Shown: piece by piece, positions 57,981 to 64,000 of the stretch
How positions within the stretch are numbered: the first letter of the stretch is position 1
Layout: each line of letters starts with the position of its first letter
Source: an uncultured Nitrososphaerota archaeon
GTDB lineage: Archaea; Thermoproteota; Nitrososphaeria; Nitrososphaerales; Gagatemarchaeaceae
Assembly: GCA_963703285.1 (NCBI GenBank)
Contig: OY969807.1
Span: 768,001 to 832,000, forward strand
DNA: 64,000 bases
Direction: 5' to 3'
The notes under the pieces: generated by a model
Databases searched by the model: none
What the model saw: the letters and a program-made list of their open reading frames with translations, nothing else
Told to the model about the DNA's origin: nothing
Position numbers and translations under genes: made by a program

Positions 57981-58877
57981 ATGACAGTGAAGCCGCTGAA
58001 GGGGATATTTCCCCTGATGCCCTTCGTGCTGAGGAAGAACGGGGACCTCGACCTCGAAGGGCTGAAGAGCAACGTCAGAGCGTACGAGGAGGTGGGATTC
58101 GATGGCTTCGTCGCGTTCGGGTGCATGGGCGAGTTCTACGCGTCCAGCTTCGAGGAGTACAAGATGGTGGTCGACGCAGCCTTGGGCGCGTCGAAGAAAA
58201 TCGCGTGCGTCTTCGGGGCGACGTATCACAACACGAGGGAATGCATCCAGCGCATGAAGTACGCCGAGGACGCGGGAGCCGACGGGGTCATGGTTGGGCT
58301 CCCCTACCTCATACCGGTCTCCGACGAGGCCGCCTACGAGCACTACCGCCTTGTGAACGAGGCCGCCGACGGGATCCAGATAATGGCCTACAACAACCCC
58401 CACTCGTTCCGCTACAACATGGGGGTTGAGTTCTGGGACAGGCTGATGTCGCTGGACAGGATCAAGGCGGTCAAGGAGTCGAACGGGGACGTGGTCCACA
58501 GGACGCGCGTCGTGAGCCACATCTCGCGTCGGATCAACGTCTTCTCCGGGGGCGAGGACTGGCTGCTGGGGGACTCGTTGGTGGGAGGGAACAGCATCGT
58601 CTCGGTCGTGGGGCCGGGTGTCCCGACCGCCACCCGGGTCTTCTTCAGGGCGTGCATGAAGAGGGACCTGGGGACCGCCATCCCATTTCACGTCAAATTC
58701 AGCGACGTCTATGACGAGCTCACGGCCCAGAACGAGGTGGCTTGGGAGAAGGCGTGCGCTGAACTGGGAGGGTTCAAGGCCGGGCCTCCGAGGGCGCCCT
58801 ACCCTCCTCTCGACCCCGGTATCAGGCGCAGGCTGGCGACGAGACTGGAGCACCTCAGGCAGATGGCTGAGGCGTAG
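57981..58877 (+). CDS. DapA/NAL-family aldolase or hydratase-aldolase
   Basis: GCMGE, YNNP, VKES Schiff-base Lys, AGPPRAPY. Confidence 0.88.
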   Translation: MTVKPLKGIFPLMPFVLRKNGDLDLEGLKSNVRAYEEVGFDGFVAFGCMGEFYASSFEEYKMVVDAALGASKKIACVFGATYHNTRECIQRMKYAEDAGADGVMVGLPYLIPVSDEAAYEHYRLVNEAADGIQIMAYNNPHSFRYNMGVEFWDRLMSLDRIKAVKESNGDVVHRTRVVSHISRRINVFSGGEDWLLGDSLVGGNSIVSVVGPGVPTATRVFFRACMKRDLGTAIPFHVKFSDVYDELTAQNEVAWEKACAELGGFKAGPPRAPYPPLDPGIRRRLATRLEHLRQMAEA

Positions 58878-58929
58878 GTCTCCATTGCCGTGAAGGCGTA
58901 GAACCGCCACCAGGCCCGCAGCGAACGCC

Positions 58930-60042
58930 CTAGTGCAGCTCGACGGTGTATTTCTTCAGCGCGTCCTCGTTTATCGTGACGCCGAGGCCGGGTCGGTCAG
59001 GAGCCTCGACGCACCCCGACTTGTCCATCTTCATGGGCTCGTTGAGTATCCAGGCCTGCATCTTTGAAAGCTCGGTGAAATCGCTCGCCGTGGTCGCGTT
59101 CCTCGTCGAGATTGCGAGGTGTGCCTTCGCTGCCAGCCCTCCGGCGAGTTCTCCCTCCGCCCCAGCCATGCAGGTCATCCCGAAGGCGTCGGCGACCGCC
59201 GCCATCTTCTTCCCCTTCCAGAGCCCGCCGACCTTGGGTATCTTTAGGTTGATGACATCGGCCGCCTTTCTCCTTCCGTGCTCCACAACATCGTAGACGG
59301 TCCAGGCGCCCTCGTCAGCCTCCACCTTGATGCCCGCTTGGGCGCGGATCTCCGCCATCCCCTCGATGTTCCACCCCGGGACGGGCTGCTCCAGGTAGTC
59401 GAAGTTAATCTGGCTCAGATAGCGCCCCGCTCGCTTGGACTCATCGACGCTCCAGTGAGTGTTGGGGTCGACCCTGAGCTTGATCTTGTCGCCCACCGCG
59501 TCCCTCACGGCCCTAATCCTTGCCATGTCGAGGTCGAAGTCTCCCGAACCGGCCTTTATCTTGACGACCTTCAACCCCTGCTCCACCCAGCCGGCGGCCT
59601 CGTCGGCCATCTCCTTTGGCTTCTTGATCCCTATCTCGTAAGCCACTGGAACCTTCTCCCGAGCCTTGCCGCCGAGCAGGTTGTAGACCGGCTGGTCGGT
59701 CGCCTGGCCCATGATGTCGAAGAGAGCGAGGTCAATCCCTGTCTTGGCGCAGGGCGCCCTCCCGATGACTGCGTCCATTGTGTCGTAGTTCTGTTCTATG
59801 CGGAAGGGGTCCTTCCCCACCAGCGCCGGGGCCAGCTGGTTCCGGACGATCGCCGTGACCGACTCGAGCGTCTCGCCGTAAATCTCTTGATACTTTGCGT
59901 GCGACTCGCCCCACCCGACGAGCTTCTCGTCGGTGGAGACCTTCACGATCACCGCCCTGTAGTCCGCGTACTCCCCGTATGCGTCCCGGTAGAGCTTGGT
60001 CGGGAGCTGCACGGGAAACGCCTCAATCCTTGTGATCTTCAA
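58930..60042 (-). CDS. Enolase superfamily, muconate-lactonizing-enzyme subgroup
   Basis: GWGES, KIK, VDPN, EQP, ADE, NLKIPKVGG, PGLG. Confidence 0.92.
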   Translation of the reverse strand: MKITRIEAFPVQLPTKLYRDAYGEYADYRAVIVKVSTDEKLVGWGESHAKYQEIYGETLESVTAIVRNQLAPALVGKDPFRIEQNYDTMDAVIGRAPCAKTGIDLALFDIMGQATDQPVYNLLGGKAREKVPVAYEIGIKKPKEMADEAAGWVEQGLKVVKIKAGSGDFDLDMARIRAVRDAVGDKIKLRVDPNTHWSVDESKRAGRYLSQINFDYLEQPVPGWNIEGMAEIRAQAGIKVEADEGAWTVYDVVEHGRRKAADVINLKIPKVGGLWKGKKMAAVADAFGMTCMAGAEGELAGGLAAKAHLAISTRNATTASDFTELSKMQAWILNEPMKMDKSGCVEAPDRPGLGVTINEDALKKYTVELH

Positions 60043-60147
60043 AGCGGGCGGGCCGACGGCGACGCGCTATAAAGCGTTTGGAGGGTACGACCCAACCTGA
60101 CAGATGCCGCCCGGTTGCATCGCCTATGGCGGAAGTGTCGGTTGGCG

Positions 60148-60810
60148 CTAGAGCTCGGCGACTGCGCGTATCGGCGAGCCGGAAGCCCCCTTCACCTTCA
60201 ACGGTAGCGCGTAGAACTTGACCTTCTTCCCTCTAAGCTGCGCTATTCCCAGCAGGTTCTCGTATCCAACCACCCCTGCCGGTAGCAGCGTCTTGTGTGT
60301 GACGAAGTCCGGGCTCCTGTAGTGGTCGAGGCTGGGCGTGTCGAGCCCCACGGCCTTGACATTCAGAGACAGCAGGTGGTCTGCGAGTTCCTTCGATATT
60401 CCCGGGCACCTCCTCAGGTACATCTCCTCGTTCCCAAGGTGGCGGTCCCACTCCGTCGCGAACAGCAACGTCGCCCCCGACAGGTCGGGATTGTCAAAGG
60501 CTCTCAGGGCCTTTGCGAAGTCGTCCTTGTTGATTTGGTAGTCCGGGGTTGGCGCGGTTGTGCCCAAGACCATGGCATCGCCGATGAACGTCCCGACGGC
60601 GAGCTCGTCCACGGTCGCCTTTCCCGGCCCGAAGTGGCTCGGGGCGTCAACGTGGGTCCCGGTGTGCATGGCCACGCAGACCCTCTCGCTGGAGTAGCCA
60701 TCCTTCTCGTAGGTCGCGATGGGTGTCACCTCGGGTTTCGGATACCCCGTCCAGACAATCATGTCCTTGTGCATCAGCTGCGTTAGGTCGAAGAACATCT
60801 CGTGCCTCAT
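60148..60810 (-). CDS. Cyclase / kynurenine formamidase family metal hydrolase
   Basis: HTGTHVDAPSH, GLDTPSLD, ENL, GSPIRA. Confidence 0.93.
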   Translation of the reverse strand: MRHEMFFDLTQLMHKDMIVWTGYPKPEVTPIATYEKDGYSSERVCVAMHTGTHVDAPSHFGPGKATVDELAVGTFIGDAMVLGTTAPTPDYQINKDDFAKALRAFDNPDLSGATLLFATEWDRHLGNEEMYLRRCPGISKELADHLLSLNVKAVGLDTPSLDHYRSPDFVTHKTLLPAGVVGYENLLGIAQLRGKKVKFYALPLKVKGASGSPIRAVAEL

Positions 60811-60905
60811 AATCGATCGATCGTCTAAAAGCCTTACCCAATCAGTCGGCCGGACGCCGGGCCCGGACCCCGAATAACTATAAGACCGACGGAGACCTAT
60901 GAAAG

Positions 60906-61460
60906 ATGATGAAAGAAGAGAAGGATCTCGGTATCATCAACAACATCAGCCTCGAAGTCTTGCGAACGTCAAGGAAGAAGTTCGAGAGAGAGGGCGGTCA
61001 CCATCGCGTCGAGAAAATCATCGAAGGAGAGTTCAGGCTCGACGGCAGCCCGGCGTTCGTCGCGGAAATACGCTCGGATTTATCGAGTCACATCGTCGCC
61101 TCGGACGAGCCGGGGATTCTCGGCGGGCGCGGAGTGCATGCATCGCCGCTGAGCTATGTCCTCTTCGGGGTGCTGGCGTGCTTCGCCAACACGCTAGCGA
61201 TCCAGTGCGGGCTCAAAGGCGTGAGCCTTCGGAAGATGAAGCTCAGGGGCCGGTTGTTCTACGATATCGGACCCATGCTGACGAACGCCGAGGGACCCCT
61301 CATCAAGGAACTCAGGATAGAGGTGGAGGCGGACAGGGACGTCAGAGAGGTCATCGAGACATCCAAGGAGCGGTGTCCGGCCCTGTATCTGGTGGACCAC
61401 GCCATAAAGACGGAGGTCCTTCAGGCCGGGACGCGTAACTCAAAGCGTCCTGTCGGCTAA
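60906..61460 (+). CDS. OsmC-like protein
   Basis: SDEPGILGG...SP...LACF and ERCP cysteines. Confidence 0.88.
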   Translation: MMKEEKDLGIINNISLEVLRTSRKKFEREGGHHRVEKIIEGEFRLDGSPAFVAEIRSDLSSHIVASDEPGILGGRGVHASPLSYVLFGVLACFANTLAIQCGLKGVSLRKMKLRGRLFYDIGPMLTNAEGPLIKELRIEVEADRDVREVIETSKERCPALYLVDHAIKTEVLQAGTRNSKRPVG

Positions 61461-61515
61461 CGACGCCGTGAAGGATTCCTGTCAGGAAGAAGGGATCTTA
61501 GTCTCTTGAATGGGC

Positions 61516-62961
61516 CTAGCCGATGTTCCAGAATACCGACTTCAACTGGCTGAACGACATTATGCCGTACTTTCCGTTGACCCGTCCTATCCCGCTCTTC
61601 CGCATCCCCCCGAAGGGTACGTTGATGTCCATGAACGTGCTCGGGTAGTTGATCACGACTTCGCCCGTCCTTATCCGCTCGGAGAGCAACATGGCCTTCC
61701 GGAAGTCCCTTGTGAAGACGCTCGAGGCGAGGCCGTACTCGCCGGAGTTCGCTATCTCCACCGCTTCCTCGACGCTGCCGCAGCGTATCAGCGGACAGAC
61801 GGGACCGAAAGTCTCCTCCTTGGCTATCTGCATCTCAGGGGACACGTCCTCGAGGACCGTGGACCGGTAGTACAGCCTGCTGGGATAGCCCCTCGCCCGT
61901 CCCCCGCCGGTCCTGATTCTGGCTCCCTTGGTCTTGGCGTCGGCTATGTGCCTGTCGACCTTCTTTGCTATGGAATCCTCGACGAGCGGACCCATCTTCG
62001 TTTGGGCCTCCCGAGGGTCACCTACCTCCCAGTCGCCTGTGGCTGCGATCACCTTGTCGACGAACGCGTCGTAGACCTTGTCTGCTACGAGGATTCGCTC
62101 GGCGGCCTGGCAGTCCTGGCCCGAGTTCCCGTAGCAGGCCTCGGCCACCAACCGTGCGGCCTGCGGAAGGTCGGCGTCATCCAGGACGAGTATCGGGCCG
62201 TTGCCGCCCAGCTCGAACACCAGATGAGTGAGCTTGTCTCGCTGCTTGGCCGCTATGCGCTTGCCTATCTCTATGGAACCGGTGAAGCCGACGCCGTCGA
62301 GCTTGTTGCTGGAGGTTATCGCCTCGCCCGTGACCTCGCCCGTCCCCTGGACGAGGTTGATGACGCCTTTCGGAATTCCGGCCCGCTCGAAGCACCTGAC
62401 TATCCTCTCCCCGGCAATAGGCGTCTGCTCCGCCGGCTTGAAGACGACGGTGTTTCCCGCCGCCACAGCGTAGCTGAGTGTGGTGAGCGGGACGAGGTAC
62501 GGGAAGTTCCAGGGCGCGATTATCGCGAAGACGCCGTAGGGCTCGAGCATCGTGAACGCCCTCACGTTCGGGTCGTCACAGGGGATGTAGGAGGTCTCCA
62601 AAGTGCGGATTTGCTCCGCCGCGTCGGTGATGAGCCTGCGGCTAAGGGCTAGCTCGTGCCTGGACATGGCTAACGGCTTCCCCATCTCCATGGTGATCTC
62701 CAGGGCCGCGTCGTCGGCCATCGCCCCGAGTTGGTCGGCCGCTCCCGCGACTATCCTGGCCCTCTCGCCCCTCGGCGTCAGCCGCCAGCCCTCGGAGGCA
62801 GCTTCCGCTGCGTCGATGGCTTCCTTCACCTCCTCTTCCGTGGCTATCGGGATGGTGGCGACGAGCGACCCGTCCACGGGGGAGAGACGTGTGAAACTCT
62901 TCCCTTCGCTCGAGACCCACTTGCCGTCGATGAACAGTTTTTGAGTAGATTTGGCAGCCAT
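61516..62961 (-). CDS. Aldehyde dehydrogenase
   Basis: PWNFP, FTGS, ELGG, GQDC, EETFGP, PFGG. Confidence 0.96.
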   Translation of the reverse strand: MAAKSTQKLFIDGKWVSSEGKSFTRLSPVDGSLVATIPIATEEEVKEAIDAAEAASEGWRLTPRGERARIVAGAADQLGAMADDAALEITMEMGKPLAMSRHELALSRRLITDAAEQIRTLETSYIPCDDPNVRAFTMLEPYGVFAIIAPWNFPYLVPLTTLSYAVAAGNTVVFKPAEQTPIAGERIVRCFERAGIPKGVINLVQGTGEVTGEAITSSNKLDGVGFTGSIEIGKRIAAKQRDKLTHLVFELGGNGPILVLDDADLPQAARLVAEACYGNSGQDCQAAERILVADKVYDAFVDKVIAATGDWEVGDPREAQTKMGPLVEDSIAKKVDRHIADAKTKGARIRTGGGRARGYPSRLYYRSTVLEDVSPEMQIAKEETFGPVCPLIRCGSVEEAVEIANSGEYGLASSVFTRDFRKAMLLSERIRTGEVVINYPSTFMDINVPFGGMRKSGIGRVNGKYGIMSFSQLKSVFWNIG

Positions 62962-63060
62962 GTGGGAAAGCTAGGCGCCTCGAAGGGACCACTTGAAGTA
63001 ATAAAATTATCCCCGCAGGGACGCTTGGAACCGTAGGATGAGAGGTCTGTTCGAGTTGAC

Positions 63061-63417
63061 CTACTCGCCGGCTTCGTTCTTCCTCATCCGGGCCTTGACG
63101 AGTTTTGTTATGAGCGGGGCTGGGAGTTTCTCGTCAAGCGGTAAGTGGATGGCCGAGACGGTGGTGACGAACCCTGAAAGCTCCTTCTTGTGTTCCTCTA
63201 TCACGGGAGGGCGGAGGTACAGCCCGACGTACCCCTTTTGGAGACCGAACCAAGCAAGCCGCCCCTTGTAGTCGTAGTAAGGAATCTTGTAGCTGATGCC
63301 CTCCACGGAGCTCGGCGCCGCGTCCTTGATTATCCTCCGGATTTCCCTGAGCTTGGACTGCGCCTCCTTCGGAGCGGCGGAGATGTAGGAGTCGACATCC
63401 GTCGCCTCGGCTTTCAT
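63061..63417 (-). CDS. DUF1801 (YdhG-like) protein
   Basis: DVDSYI, EGISYKIPYY, LP..LI.KLVKAR. Confidence 0.88.
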   Translation of the reverse strand: MKAEATDVDSYISAAPKEAQSKLREIRRIIKDAAPSSVEGISYKIPYYDYKGRLAWFGLQKGYVGLYLRPPVIEEHKKELSGFVTTVSAIHLPLDEKLPAPLITKLVKARMRKNEAGE

Positions 63418-64000
63418 CGCCGGCTCGTGGTGTCGTCGTTCCTTTGGTTCTTTGGGCCGAGGACGGTCGCTGCCTTCAGCGACCTGACGTACCCCTCGAC
63501 CTCCGAGAGCATCGCGTCCCGAGGCTTGCCCGATGCCACCCTGTTCACGATGCCGCTCCCCACGATGACAGCGTCCGCCCCGGCCGCTATCACACGGGCC
63601 ACGTGCTCCGGTTTGGAGATCCCAAAACCCACCGCCAAGGGGATCCTGCCTCTGGTCTGAAGCTTGGCTGACCTCACGAGTTTCAGCGAGTCGTCCGCCA
63701 GCGCGGAGCGCGCCCCCGTCACGCCTAGAAGCGAGACGAGATACAGGAAGCCAGACGAGTGGCTAACGAGTGACTTCATCCGCTCGGGGGACGTGGTCGG
63801 CGCGGCGAGCAGGATCGTGTCGAGGCCGCGGGACCTAGCCAACCTCGTGTAGGCCGCGGTCTCGTCGAGCGGGAGGTCGGGGATGATCAGGCCGTCGACC
63901 GACGCCCTCTTCGCCTTCTCTAGGAAGGATTCGAGTCCTGGCGAGAAGAGAATGTTGTAGTAGGTCATGATGGTGATGGGGGCTCTGTGCCGTTTGTTGA
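63414..64000 (-). CDS. trpA: Tryptophan synthase alpha chain (5' part outside window)
   Basis: MTYYN, IIPDLP, APTT, YLVSLLGVTG, VGFGIS, GADAVIVGS. Confidence 0.96.
   Translation of the reverse strand, partial: NKRHRAPITIMTYYNILFSPGLESFLEKAKRASVDGLIIPDLPLDETAAYTRLARSRGLDTILLAAPTTSPERMKSLVSHSSGFLYLVSLLGVTGARSALADDSLKLVRSAKLQTRGRIPLAVGFGISKPEHVARVIAAGADAVIVGSGIVNRVASGKPRDAMLSEVEGYVRSLKAATVLGPKNQRNDDTTSRR

Noticed and set aside
1-64000. CRISPR array, rRNA or known defence systems
   Set aside because: No regularly spaced DNA repeats, cas genes or rRNA-like sequence seen by eye.

Overview
A GC-rich archaeal chromosomal segment; gene content, intron-bearing tRNA and the DKFP/ASA-type shikimate route suggest a basal Nitrososphaerota/Thaumarchaeota-like lineage (inference). 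In order: partial kdpA; a VKOR/thioredoxin-fold/HTH operon; a Tat-exported three-subunit xanthine-oxidase-family (PaoABC-like) enzyme followed by two degenerate retropepsin-like genes; tRNA-Val(CAC) with two non-canonical introns; aconitase; a CBS/CGL pair; an ABC-2 exporter; tRNA-Leu(TAG); a two-gene surface module (large membrane-anchored beta-repeat protein plus a small exported protein resembling a phage tail-fibre/cement domain); S9 peptidase; a stand-alone Lon-N protein; sulfite-oxidase-family enzyme; ppdK; pyrBIC; an intact IS481-family element with a 15-bp target duplication; a GNAT/NSAR locus; an 11-gene lysC-asd-aro-tyrA operon; PiT/DUF47; an uncharacterised catabolic cluster; and partial trpA. 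Four single-base frameshifts in otherwise intact genes are probably assembly errors. Best candidate for an undescribed system: the surface filament module at 18311-22775. All family calls are from motif recognition, not database searches.
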